From Octopus sinensis (taxonomy: Eukaryota): 64,000 nt of DNA. Location of the stretch: NCBI RefSeq assembly GCF_006345805.1, contig NC_043007.1, positions 72,974,001-73,038,000 of the forward strand, in the 5' to 3' direction. The notes beneath the pieces are model-generated. The model was not told the origin of the DNA, searched no databases, and saw nothing but the letters and a program-made list of their open reading frames with translations. Below, piece by piece: positions 1-12,770 of this stretch (within the stretch, counting starts at the first letter, position 1; each line of letters starts with the position of its first letter). The translations under genes were made by a program, and so were the position numbers.

Positions 1-703
1 GAACATTTCCAGTGACTTCATAGTTGTCCTTAAGCTGTCCTTAAACAATTTTTTAGGTTTATGCCGTTAGCATTTCCCCTCTGCAAGCTCACCATAAAAC
101 AGCTGTTTCAGCATGCGTTCATCTGCCATTCAAACAATATGGCCACACCATCTCAACTGGTTCCTCAAAATCATAGCTTTAATAGAGGTGATGCTTACAG
201 ATGCAAGGACATCTGTCTTTGGAGTAAAAGAACTCCATTTAATTTTTTAAATGTGATGAAGGCATTTTTGGTGAAATTGTTCTAGCAATTTAAAATGCCT
301 TTCATAACAAGTCCAAGTTTCACAGGATTACAACAGGGATGGTAAGACAAATGATTTGTAAAGAGCCAGCTTTATATTCTAATTTATGTCACTGGCACCA
401 AACACATGACTCCAAGCCACCAAATGTTTTTGCTGCCCTTTGAATTTGCAGCTGTATTTCTGTATCAAGATTTCCATTATTTTGAACAGAGCTTCCAAGG
501 CAGATGAACGGATCGACAACCTCAAATAACATTCCTGGGGGGTTACAAACAGCACTACATGCAGGTTAATGTATTACAACTGGTTTTTTTTCAAGTTGAT
601 GGTCAAGCCAAAATCTTCACAAGCCGAGTCAAATGCAGATACAAGAGATTGCAGAATGACTGACAAGATCGCAATCATGAGCGCACAAAAGTTCCCTGAG
701 TGT
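1..703 (-). mobile_element. Decayed RTE-like LINE fragment (RT C-terminal region); near-identical copy at 9086-9793
   Basis: Minus-strand peptide 'LQSLVSAFDSACEDFGLTINLKK' matches the RTE/BovB RT motif (F..AC..FGL.I..KKT); stops and frameshifts present. Confidence 0.6.
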
Positions 704-730
704 ACATATACATATATATATATATACACA

Positions 731-830
731 NNNNNNNNNNNNNNNNNNNNNNNNNNNNNNNNNNNNNNNNNNNNNNNNNNNNNNNNNNNNNNNNNNNNNN
801 NNNNNNNNNNNNNNNNNNNNNNNNNNNNNN
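731..830. other. Assembly gap (100 N)
   Basis: Run of 100 n. Confidence 1.
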
Positions 831-1764
831 AAACCAATAATACTGGCTACATATGTAGTCCAGTTACAAATCAATATTAAAATATAGAAATAAAAAATGT
901 TAACCTTCCATTTTCACATTATCATCAATGCCGTTTACCACCTCATTCATCCTACAGCTTCTATGCTTTTGGAACACTCACTTACACAGTAAATTAGATC
1001 AACTAGGTTTTTTGAGCATTTAAAAGACTTACATAAGCTCTATCTGCAAACTCTTCCTGTGCATACAAAGTCTACCTTCTCTGTAAGCCAGTGACCTCAC
1101 TTACACTTGTTTTATGTCCATAATTTACATTGGGTGTGCTATATGAAATTTCTACCTATTCAGTTTTTTGCAAAACTATCATTTTCCTGATGGTATCAGA
1201 GTCTGTTTTCCCTTCTTACTAAAATCTTAGTCTGCTGCTGGCTTTTGCAGTATCATCATCATTATCTTCTTGCACATCTCGTCTTTATTGACATTTATCA
1301 TTATCAACAACATTCATAATTTTACCTGTGTATATTAGAATCTTGTTGATCCTCCTCACTTCTATGTCAATTACTTTTCTCATCAAAAATATTAAATTTA
1401 CTAACACTTTTTGTCAATATTTCTGATTCTACCATTTATTCTACCACTGAATGGCTACTCTTTAAGATACAAGGAAATGTGATAATTCTTCTTTACACAT
1501 ACTTACTTTAAATCTGTTGTTGATGTTAGTCTTCTCTAACATCTGATATAAAATATTAAAATACTCGTAAAATATGCGTAGTCAAAATGTTGTGCAGTAT
1601 ATTAGCTCATTCCCTCCATAACATATACAATGCATATACCGGTGCCACACATCAGATGTCAAAGTAATTGCAGAGTAACATGAGATGAAGTGTTTTTCTC
1701 AAGATCACAATGTGCAACCTGGCAATTCGGAAATATCCAATGTCAAGAATATGAAATTCTTTTT

Positions 1765-2205
1765 TTTATCTTTTCATCTAGTTTCAGCTCAGGAGCTGTG
1801 GACATGCTGGGGCACCACCATTTGGTGTTGCTACATGATTTTACTTCATGAATGCTTTTTAGCAATTGACATTTGGTGCATGAGAGAGTTTGATGCAGCT
1901 GCACTCATTTGCACCTCCTCTCACGAAGTTGGTTCATCTGGGACACCTGACAGGAAGAGGTCCTAATTTATTTTGAAGACACCTACATCCACCCCATCCA
2001 GGTCTCTCAGGTCCTTTGGGAGAATATTGAAGAGCTGTGGACCTCTGAAGCCCAGGCTATTGCAGTATCTTGTCCTACATCTTGATAGAAAATTTGGAGT
2101 CCTTAGCACTAAGCAGTGGAGCCCAGTTCTTGTATTTATATAACCCTCGATGTCAAAGTTTGGGACAAGTCCTTCCAGGATCTTCCAGATGTATATTATG
2201 TAAAA
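1765..2205 (-). mobile_element. 3' fragment of a CR1/L2-group LINE, including its 3' tail
   Basis: ORF 'IIYIWKILEGLVPN...SLGFRGPQLFNILPK' is a typical LINE ORF2 C-terminus; it ends in the tail ggtgccccagcatg..cagctcctgagctgaaac. Related copies at 19398, 27015 and 32497. Confidence 0.8.
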
Positions 2206-2228
2206 TTTATTTAAATGCATTCATCTGA

Positions 2229-2232
2229 ATAT

Positions 2233-2285
<53 letters not shown>

Positions 2286-2414
2286 AAAACATATATATAT
2301 ATACATACATAAAAACATATATATATATACATACATAAAAACATATATATATATACATACATAAAAACATATATATATACATACATAAAAACATATATAT
2401 ATATATATATTATA

Positions 2415-2461
<47 letters not shown>

Positions 2462-2537
2462 ATATATATATATTACATATATATATATACATATTATATA
2501 TATATATATACATATATATACATATATATATATATAC

Positions 2538-2568
<31 letters not shown>

Positions 2569-2571
2569 CAC

Positions 2572-2604
<33 letters not shown>

Positions 2605-2622
2605 CATATATATATTATATAC

Positions 2623-2653
<31 letters not shown>

Positions 2654-3077
2654 CATATATATAATATATACATATACATATATATATCATATATATATAT
2701 ATATATATATACATATATATACATATATATACATATATATATATATACATATAATATATATATATACATATATACATATACATATATATACATATATATA
2801 CACATATATATACATATATATAATACATATATATATATACAAAGATATATATATACATATATATATATATACACATCTTTATATATACATATACATATTA
2901 TATATACACATATATATATATACATATATATATATACAAAGATATATATATACATAATATATATATATACACATATATATATATATATACATATATTATA
3001 TATATATATATATATATACACATATATATATATACACATATATCTATACATATATATATATACACATATATATATAC

Positions 3078-3134
<57 letters not shown>

Positions 3135-3289
3135 CACATATATATATACATATATATATATATACACATATATATATACATATATATATATACACATATA
3201 TACACATATATATACATATATATATATATACACATATATATATACATATATATATATATACATATGTATATATACATATGTATATATAC

Positions 3290-3320
<31 letters not shown>

Positions 3321-3329
3321 CATATATAC
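2229..3329. repeat. Interrupted (TA)n/(TACA)n microsatellite array; similar arrays at 3729-4072, 4556-4890 and 23040-23953
   Basis: Directly visible; source of the spurious Y/I/M/C-rich ORFs. Confidence 0.98.
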
Positions 3330-3332
3330 AGA

Positions 3333-3728
3333 CGCAGGAGTGGCTGTGTGGGAAGTAGCTTGCTAACCAACCACATGGTTCTGGGTTCAGTCCCACTGCA
3401 TGGCACCTTGGGCAAGTGTCTTCAGCTATAGCCCCGGGCTGACCAATGCCTTGTGAGTGGATTTGGTAGACGGAAACTGAAAGAAGCCTGTCGTATATAT
3501 GTATATATATGTGTGTGTGTCTGTGTGTTTCTATGTCTGTGTTTGTCCCCCTAGCATTGCTTGACAACCGATGCTGGTGTGTTTACGTCCCCGTCACCTA
3601 GCGGTTCGGCAAAAGAGACCGATAGAATAAGTACTGGGCTTACAAAGAATAAATCCCAGGGTCGATTTGCTCGACTAAAGGCGGTGCTCCAGCATGGCCA
3701 CAGTCAAATGACTGAAACAAGTAAAAGA
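3333..3728 (+). mobile_element. tRNA-derived SINE, family A (internal microsatellite, LINE-like 3' tail)
   Basis: A-box-like tggctgtgtgg and B-box-like ggttcagtccc; near-identical copies at 26590-26987(-), 38561-38955, 40534-40920, 49230-49613 and 53520-53921(-). Confidence 0.9.
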
Positions 3729-3881
3729 TATATACATATATACATAAATATATATACATATACATATATATAGATACATACATATATACATATATATATA
3801 TACATATATATAGATACATATATATATATATACATATATATATATACATATATATATATACATATATATATATATACATAC

Positions 3882-3914
<33 letters not shown>

Positions 3915-4300
3915 CATATATTATATACATATATATATATATACATATAATATACATATACATATATATATATACATATATAATATACATATATATATAT
4001 ATTATATACATATATATTATATATATATATACATATATATATATATAACATATATATATATATATATATATATTTAAATAATGAGGGAGATAAATTAATA
4101 TTAATTTTAATATCAATTTAAAACCAGTAGTCTAGCTACATATATATAAATAATTGAGTATTTGAATGAATTATCTTATTATGGATAATTCGGTTAACCG
4201 ATACCTGGGTAGCAAATTCACGTCAGAGAAACACGGTTGAAGCTACATGCCTAGGGCAGAAATCACGTGCTATCGTGTGGAAATTTGTGTGTTTTTTTAA

Positions 4301-4558
4301 ATACAAATAAATGAAAGAATGGAGTTGAACGATGAATTGACAAAATTACTTTATTTTATTTTCGACATATGTTTCGAAGGCTGCATATTCCTAATTTCGA
4401 AGGAATAAGGGGTGCATTATGCCGCCTTCTCATCAGGAAAAACAAGGAACTTATTCCTTCGAAATTAGGAATATGCAGCCTTCGAAATATATGTCGAAAA
4501 TAAAATAAAAGAATTTTGTTAATTCGTCGTTCAACTCCATTCTTTCATTTATTTGTAT
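4301..4558. repeat. Fold-back element: ~109-bp inverted arms (4301-4409 / 4450-4558), Penelope pLTR-like
   Basis: Arms are reverse complements with few mismatches; (TA)n follows directly; contains a hammerhead motif. Confidence 0.85.
4359..4441 (-). ncRNA. Minimal type I hammerhead ribozyme
   Basis: Minus strand reads UUUUC-CUGAUGA-GAAGGC...GCCUUC-GAAA-C-AUAU-GUC^GAAAA: complete catalytic core, stem I UUUUC/GAAAA, extended stem II, palindromic minimal stem III. Confidence 0.7.
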
Positions 4559-4586
4559 ATATATATATATATACATATACATATAC

Positions 4587-4636
<50 letters not shown>

Positions 4637-4858
4637 ATATACATATACATATATATATATATACATATACATATACATATATATATACATATATATATAT
4701 ATATACATATAATATATACATATACATATATATATACATATACATATACATACATATGCATACATATATATAATATATATATATATTACATATATATATA
4801 TACATATACATATATATATATATACATATATATGTATATATATATATATATATATATA

Positions 4859-4896
<38 letters not shown>

Positions 4897-5010
4897 ATAT
4901 TTCGGAATGGTCATTTTGCCAGTTTAGCCAATAAAAACACACGCACTATATATTTGGTGTTATTTTGCTTCAGTGTTATTTATTTTTTACACTAATCTTA
5001 ATCTTATTTC

Positions 5011-5055
5011 GGCCAGAGTTCTTTCGTCACACTCCTGTGACTGCATCAGTGGTCC
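5011..5055 (-). ncRNA. Hammerhead-like motif with variant core
   Basis: Minus strand reads GGACCA-CUGAUGCA-GUCACA-GGAG-UGUGAC-GAAA-G-AA-CUC-UGGCC; stems I and II pair, but the core has an extra or substituted base. Confidence 0.45.
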
Positions 5056-5687
5056 ATTGTTTTCTTCTTTCTTATTTGTGTCTCTCCTTACTAACCGTCA
5101 GCCATTTTGTATTTCTATTGTATGTCTTCATTTGCGCATGCTTATATCTCTATGTGCGTCTATGTTTATTTAGTGTGTAGGTGGGATGCCTGTAATATTT
5201 GTATCTTCTGTTTATATACGTTCATGTAATTTGTTTTTGTTGTTGTTGTTTTTGTTTATTCTTATTTTGTTCATGTGTTTACATCCACTTATTATTATCA
5301 TTACATATGCTTGTATGTATGTATAACAACAATACTAGTAATAATAATAATAAATTTTTTAAAAACTTATATAAATAACTATATAAGTTTTTTTTATTAT
5401 TATTATTATTACTAGTATTGTTGTTATACATACATACACTAGTATTGTTGTTATACATACATGGCATGGCTCGTGAAGGAACATTTTTTTTTTTTTTAAA
5501 GGTTCTCTGTCCCAATGAGTTTCGAAGATAATAGTTTATGACTAGATTGCTGATGTAAAATAATTTAAAAAATGATAAATTCTATGTTTCTTTCAAGATT
5601 GTAAAAGAAATAAGGTGCATTAATAAAGATAAATATGATTCTAATATAGCTTTGCAATCTGAAAGGTAATTTAATAAAAATACTTAC

Positions 5688-5703
5688 ATACTTCCGCCTG
5701 TGT
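5688..5703 (-). CDS. Probable 16-nt micro-exon (TQAEV + 1 nt) completing the signal peptide begun in exon 21945-22007
   Basis: Strong acceptor ctctttttccttttcag, exon ACACAGGCGGAAGTAT, donor gtaagta; phase-0 join gives ...NLADN-TQA^EV. Confidence 0.5.
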
Positions 5704-6203
5704 CTGAAAAGGAAAAAGAGAGGGATTTAAAAAAAATATTTCATTCTTAGGGAATTTAATTTCAATGTTGTCGTTTTAAACTAGTTTTGAGTAATCCATA
5801 TTGAAGTTAACTTATAATAAGAGATCAAGCTCATGTCAATCCCATCTTTTATTTAGACATATCTAGAACAAAATTACTCATTGTGATCTTCCACTTTAAA
5901 GACACTACAGTATGATTTCAGCAAGATTTTGATGCTAATTTTAACTGTTTCAGCAATCATATAATTTTGTGTTAGTTTCATGAAAGTAAAATATATGGGC
6001 GCAAGAAAATCTCATACCACTAAGTTTTGCATATTCTTTTATTCTTTTACTTGTTTCAGTCATTCAACTGCAGCCATGCTGGAGCACCACCTTTAAGTCA
6101 AACAAATTGACTCCAGGGCTTATTCTTTGTAAGCCTAGTACTTATTCAATCGGTTCCTTTTGCTGAAATGCTAAGTTACGGGGACATAAATGCACCAGCA
6201 AAG

Positions 6204-8460
6204 GAGTGAAGAGAGAAGAATAATCCCTCCTTACGGTGAAGACGGGAGTCCTGATGGCCCCTGTACAAGGACAATCCAAACACAGACTGGTGTTGTAAAG
6301 AGTGACCAGTAGAGCAGACATGATGCAAGACCGGGGTGTTGTTGCCAAGTTGGATGTCTCGGAGATGTTCTGCAAACCGGTCAGCCAAGCGGTGTCTTGT
6401 TTGACCAATGTATAGAGAAGGTCAGAGCGAGCAGGAGATACAGTTGCTAGAAGTGCAGGTGAAGGAGTTAGTGATATGATAGAGTCAATGATGGGTGCCT
6501 GTGAGGAGGGTGGTGTTGGAGAGGTGAGGGCAAGTGTGGCAGTGTGGGTGGGAGCAGGGGAATGAGCTGGGTTGGGAGGTTGGGCTAGGGAAGAAGCTGT
6601 GAACCAAGAGGTCTCGTAGGTTGTGAGCTCATTTGAAGGAGGGGAGGGTTGGTGAGGAAAGATGTGCAAAGTGGAGGGGTCGGACTGGAGTTGCCGGAAG
6701 GCTTGGAGAATGGTGCATTGGAGAGGTAGGATGGTGGGGTGGTAGGTGAAGGGAAATGGGAGACAGGTGATGGCAGAGTGGGTGCAGGGGAGAGAGCAGA
6801 TGCATGGTCCACAGAACGTGCTCTGGCAAGAGCAGTGTGGATAGTAGTGAAGGGATATCCACGTAGAATGAAGTGGTGAGCCATGAGTTGAGACTAAGTC
6901 TCAAAGTCATGGTTGTCACTGCAGAGCTTGTGTAGATGGAGGAATTGGGAATAGAAAATGGAGAGCTTGGTGTGTTTAGGGTAGGAGGAGAAGTTGAGGA
7001 TGGCGTCCACTTGGATGGTTGGCGGTCCAGGTTGGTGAAGCAGCCCTCCTCATTAGATGCAGGTGGTGTGTCGTGGAAAAGTGCACAAAGCTGTTGATGT
7101 CAGCATGAGTCCAAAATTCGTTGCTGGATGGAGTGAGGGGGATGAAGCGAAGACCCCTACTGAGGAGGGAGTGCTCCACCTCAGAGAGGGGAAGATCTGA
7201 AAGAATGGTAACAACAGACTGAAGTGGAGAAGGGGTGGATGGGACAGAAGTAAGAGGGGTCGGTGGGATGGAAGGTTGGGAAGGAGGATATGTGAGTAGG
7301 GGTTGGAAGGGACGGGAGGTTTGGTGAGGATGGGGGATTGTATCAGGGAGGGAGAGGGGTAAAGGAGGAGTTGGGGTAGTGGCATCAGGTGTGATGGAAT
7401 GGAGGAGTGGAGTTTGCGTTGTTTAGTGTGAGTGAGAAATTGGTGAAAGAGATGATTTAAATGAATTATGCAAAGTAGTGTTAGCACAGGAGGTTAACTG
7501 AGAGGAAAAGAAGATGGTTAAAGCCAGAGGGAGAAGGCGGTCGATGGTGTGTATTTTGGAGAGATTAGAACGAATGGAGGTGCACATAAGGTGGTAGGAT
7601 GTAGTACAAAGTAAGGGTAGGATGGTTGAAGCAGGGTAGAGAGTGGGGTGAAAATGAAGGCGGAAACCTTTAGGGATGAGGCAGTGATGAAGGCAGTGAC
7701 TGAGAAAGGAAAGGTGGCTACAGAGGCATGTTTCTTTTTAAATTAGTAGGGAAAGGTTAATAGAAGGTTGAAAGCAGTGGAAAGGAAGTGCAGAAAGGTG
7801 TTTCTTTAGGCAGTGGTGGAGATGGAGGAAGAAAGGTTTGTAATCGGGCATGTTTGAAAAACGAGAAGAGGGAAGGAGAAAAAAGCAGAAAAAAAGGGGG
7901 AGAGAGAAAGGCAAATAAAGACGTGAGGAAGAAAAATTCAAAAGGTGTGGGGAGAAAAAATGCAAAAGGCGAGAGGAGAAAAAAATATAGGAGGTAGGAG
8001 GAGAAAAAATAAAAACAAGCAAAGAAAGGAGGAAGAAGGACAAAACAAAGAGAAAGGGGAAGAAAGGGAGACGAAAAGACAAAAGGGACAAGGAAAGGGA
8101 GGGAGAGAGAGGCAAGGTAACAAGTGCAGATTGAGAGAAATGACAATAGGAAAAATCAGAAAGTACAAAAAAGTTTAGAAAAGTACAAAAGGTTCAAATG
8201 CCTTGGTATATTGGAGCGATTTCTCATCAAAGTAAGAGTCCAGTGTAATCCATGGGTAGAAGAGGTGCAGCCAAAGTATAGGAGTCTGAGTGTAGGAGAA
8301 AGTTCAGGTGGAGAATCCAGGCAGAATAGTTCAAGAAAAGTTCGAAGGAGGTGGAGACAGGATAAAACTCATGCAACCATGTGAGCGTGTAATATATAGT
8401 GAGAATTTACAAAAAAAAAACAACAAAAGACGAAGACAGGTGTGTAAACAACAAACAGTA
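6204..8460 (-). mobile_element. Decayed, internally deleted Penelope-like element with GIY-YIG endonuclease, abutting a truncated family-A SINE (6036-6203)
   Basis: Minus-strand 'LYIGQTRHRLADRFAEHLRDI' (GIY-YIG), 'HHFILRGYP' and 'SLLSRGLRFIP' (PLE ORF motifs); terminal segment 8405-8460 matches the pLTR-like sequence at 28163-28210. Confidence 0.8.
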
Positions 8461-9085
8461 TATATATGCATATATACATTTATCTCTTATGATAAAAGGC
8501 AGATTTTCTGTGCCTCCCACATAGTTTGTTTTTAATACAATTCTACAATGTAGAATTTCTTCAATTGGAATTTACCTATGATTTTTCGAAGTAGATTCGA
8601 TTGGGTCATAGCATGTAAATTTTTTTTCAATTTCACCCCCAATTCAGCAAAAATTTGAGAAAACTCAATATTTTACGATTTGCCTCTCTCATTCTAAATG
8701 CTTTACTCCTGCTATTACCACACTTTCTCCTACTTTCTGTTTGCAAGTGTATACCACTATCATATCCTCTTTCTGCAACTCTAATTCAACATCACACATT
8801 CTGCTACTTTCTCTTATTAATGCTTAAACCAATCCTCAAAAAAAGATAAAAGGAAACACAGATCTGTCGCTAACTTTTGGTAGTATTCATTGGCGAGCGT
8901 ACTTCAGTTGTAAATTGTTGAAAGAAAGAAATTGTAAGCTAAGAAGGTGTGTGTGTGTATGTGTGCGTGCGTGTGTGTGTGTGTGAGAGAGTGTGTGTGT
9001 GTAGGAAGTGAAGGATAAAAATATGGCAAGAAGTGGACAGATGTACATATATACATTATACATATATATGTACTATATCTTCTAG

Positions 9086-9793
9086 GAACATTTCCAGTGA
9101 CTTCATAGTTGTCCTTAAGCTGTCCTTAAACAATTTTTTAGGTTTATGCCGTTAGCATTTCCCCTCTGCATGCTCACCATAAAACAGCTGTTTCAGCATG
9201 CGTTCATCTGCCATTCAAACAATATGGCCACACCATCTCAACTGGTTCCCCAAAATCATAGCTCTAATTGAGGTGATGCTTACAGATGCAAGGACATCTG
9301 TGTTTGGAGTAAAAGAACTCCATTTAATTTTTTAAATGCGATGAAGGCATTTTTAGTGGAATTGTTCTAACAATTTAAAATGCCTTTCATAACAAGTCCA
9401 AGTTTCACAGGATTACAACAGGGATGGTAAGACAAATGATTTGTAAAGAGCCAGCTTTATATTCTAATTTGTGTCACTGGCACCAAACACATGACTCCAA
9501 GCCACCAAATGTTTTTGCTGCCCTTTGAATTCGCAGCTGTATTTCTGTATCAAGATTTCCATTATTTTGAACAGAGCTTCCAAGGTAGATCAACGGATCG
9601 ACAACCTCAAATAACATTCCCAGGGGGGTTACAAACAGCACTCTACATGCAGGTTAATGCATTACAACTGGGGTTTTTTCAAGTTGATGGTCAAGCCAAA
9701 ATCCTCACAAGCCGAGTCAAATGCAGATACAGGAGATTGCAGAATGACTGACAAGATCGCAATCGTGAGTGCACAAAAGTTCCCTGAGTGTAC
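9086..9793 (-). mobile_element. RTE-like LINE fragment, second copy of 1-703
   Basis: Colinear with 1-703 with scattered substitutions and small indels; same right-hand endpoint (ttccctgagtgtacatata). Confidence 0.7.
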
Positions 9794-9802
9794 ATATATA
9801 TA

Positions 9803-10189
9803 TCTTTATATATAAAAGAGAAGTTGTGTGTCAGTTTCCTATGATTTAGATTCCTAACTACTCCCACATTTTGCGATGCAGTTTAACCAAAACCGGGTAT
9901 CTTAAAGTCCTGATTCATATTGAGCCCTTCTGGGTATTAGCGTGCGTCTACGATGAGTCTATGATTTAAAAAAAAATTTACTATCATTTCTTTCCATTTT
10001 AATGCATTTTTTCGCTATTATATAAGGGAAGTAACTCTCTAAAAATGTCTACGATGAGTCAACGATTTAAAAAAAATTTACCTTTTTTTTTATTTCCATT
10101 TTTAATGCATTTTTTGGCTATAACTCTCTAAAAATGCTTATATAGTTATTTCCCTTACAAACCCGAGCAACGCTGGGCGATACTGCTAG
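9803..10189 (+). mobile_element. Non-autonomous Helitron
   Basis: 5' A|TC, 3' CTAG|T, subterminal hairpin cccgagcaacgctggg, no TSD; related copy at 21031-21539. Confidence 0.8.
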
Positions 10190-10196
10190 TATATAT

Positions 10197-10500
10197 ATCA
10201 TCATCATCGTTTAACGTCCGTTTTCCGCGCTAGCACGGGTTGGACGGTTTCGACCGGGGTCTGGGGAGCCAGGGGCTGCCCCAGGCTCCAGTCTGGTCTG
10301 GCAGTGTTTCTACAGCTGGATGCCCTTCCTAACGCCAACCACTCCGCGAGTGTAGTGGGTGCTTTTTACGTGCCACCTGCACAGGTGCCAGAGGGGTCTG
10401 GCATCGGCCACGGTTAGTTGGTGCTTTTTATGTGCCACCTGCACAGAAGCCAGTCGGGGCGGTGCTGGCATCGGCCACGTTCGGATGGTGCTTTTTATGT
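10197..10500 (-). mobile_element. SINE-like family C (RTE-type 3' end, (GAT)n tail, internal tandem units)
   Basis: Shared ggatgcccttcctaacgccaaccactcc and gtgctttttacgtgccacc units; copies at 36300-36681, 42740-43393 and 61730-62118. Confidence 0.75.
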
Positions 10501-10663
10501 GGGGGGAGGGTGCAGAAATATAGGGGAGCACCAGTGGGGAGGGGTGTTCGGAGAAATATATATATATATATATATATACACATACACAGACATAGAGCAG
10601 GTTTTACAGCATGCCTACCTACCTACCTACCTACATACCTACATACATACATACATACATACA

Positions 10664-11285
10664 ACATGGAAAAATGCGAGCATGGAAAGTAATATTCTTA
10701 AGATTATAAACCTGGAAAAGTACACGACAAGTTAATAACTTGTCCTGTAAAACTATAGGACAAGCTATTACTTCTAGTAAAGTAAAGAATAAGAAACTTT
10801 TTACTTAAAATATTGCAGCAAAGAATTCAAGTTCTTCTAATTTATACCTCTTTACAGTTCTCATCTTTTAAATTTATTGTACAAAACTGTTCAGCTAATT
10901 TGTAAGTTTGTCTAATTCTTTTACTCTTTTACTTCTTTCAGTCATTTGACTGTGGCCATGCTGGAGCACCACACTTAGTCGAGCAAATTGACCCCAGGAC
11001 TTATTCTTTGTAAGCCTAGTACTTATTCACTTTTTTTCTATATTTAAGGTAGTAAATTAACCAAATTCTACTTACATACATATAGTGTTATTTGTAAACT
11101 ATAAGAAAATAAGTTTTAATATTCAAATTTCAAATTTAGCTGCAATATTTTAAGTAAAAAGTTTCTTATTCTTTCCTATACTAGAATAACTTGTCCTATA
11201 GTTTTATAGGTGTAATAACTTGTCCTATATTTTCCCAGGTTTATAATCTTAAGAATATTACATTCAAGCTTGCATTTTTCCATGT
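10664..11285. mobile_element. Fold-back/MITE with ~170-bp imperfect TIRs, containing a SINE fragment (10920-11025)
   Basis: acatggaaaaatgc...ctttttacttaaaatattgcagc mirrored by gctgcaatattttaagtaaaaag...gcatttttccatgt. Confidence 0.7.
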
Positions 11286-11733
11286 AATCCTTGATTTTTC
11301 CAGGCATTGCTGTTATAAGATAATTAATAATGTGTCAATTAATAATTTAAGATTTTACCTTATAAGATACTGAAAGATAATATTTCAATTTTTCCAGGTA
11401 AGTGATGATAATATTTCAATTGTTTTCATGATTAATTTAAATATATGTTGTGATTGAATTATTTGATATTACCCATCCACACTAGATTAATGGCAGGGAT
11501 TTTTACCATGTTGTTGGTTGTACCATGGCTCACCAAAAGTTACAAACAACAAGACCCCAAAACCATTAGTTGCTAGGCTCACCTTAAGTAACCTAATTTT
11601 GCAATTTTAGGAGGTCACGGGAATTCATTCAATGAAAAAAACAAAATTCCAGTGATTCATTTTTTCAGAACCAAAATAAGGGATTTGCAACATATTAGAA
11701 GGTCAGGGTACTTGATTCCACACAAAAAAATCA

Positions 11734-11765
<32 letters not shown>

Positions 11766-11869
11766 TTAGTGAAAATCATGCGTGGTGTCAATATAGAAAT
11801 TTACCATAATGTTGTAGTTATTTAGCCTCAAATCAACCCTGATACTGCAAACTTATCATCAAAGGCATT

Positions 11870-12770
11870 CCAGCCTTCAGCAAATCATCTTTGAGACAGT
11901 TTCCTTTCTACCATTAATGTCTATGGTATATAGTCTGTCTGTGTGTGACAGGACACGATAGGGTCTTGTGTATGGAGGTATGAGGGATTTTCACATCATC
12001 GTTTCGTAATAACACATGGGTCCAAGAATCAATGTCTTTTGGAATTGATGATTTAGTGGTTTGGTGTTGTTTTGACACAGGTGGCAGTTTTTGCATGTAT
12101 TTGCAAAGTTTGTGTACATACATAGTAGGGTCTTGTGTAGACAAATCCACTGGGGTCAACATCTGGCCTAGCAATGAAGGAGGTGTGCCATTAACTAGTT
12201 CTGCTGGGGAATAACTGAGATCCTCCTTTATTGAGGATCGACAGCCAACCCTGCCAATCTGGGTAAGCATGCAAAGCAGCTGTCATTTGATGGTGGAATC
12301 GTTGCACCATACCATTGGATTGTGGATAGTAACTGGTGGTTACCTATAGTCTGCATGAGCTTGTGGAAGAGTTGCAATTCAAACTGTTTTCCATGGTCGG
12401 TAGTGAAGGTGTTAAGGACTCTGTACTACGATATCCATCCTGTGAGAAAAGCTTTGGCAATAGATTCAGCGGTGATATCTATTAAAGGAATAGCTTCCGG
12501 CCAACGTGTGAAACGATCAATGCAAGTGAGCTGGTAGGTATATCCCTGGCTGACTGGCCATCGTCCAACAAGGTTAATGTGTACATGGTTTAAACACCCA
12601 TCTGGTGTGTTGAATGTGCCAAGGGGTGCATGACCAAGCACTGTGGTGGTGATGCGAGGGTGTGGCAGGTTAAGCAGTGTGCTGAAGACTGTTTGTCTGA
12701 GGGTCTCTGGTACAAAAGGACGAGGAGGATTCATGGAAGTATCGCACAGAATCTGGGAAGTACCTTGTTA
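11870..12770 (-). mobile_element. Ty3/Gypsy pol relic (integrase zinc-binding and rve core), pseudogenised
   Basis: '[21 protein letters not shown]', 'HVHINLVG...[20 protein letters not shown]', 'KEDLSYSPAELVNG'. Confidence 0.85.

Noticed and set aside
2207-4927. Long ORFs rich in Y/I/M/C/V
   Set aside because: Translations of (TA)n/(TACA)n microsatellites, not genes
7738-8178. Hydrophobic F/L/S-rich and basic K/R/E-rich ORFs
   Set aside because: Low-complexity purine/pyrimidine-skewed 5' region of the Penelope-like element
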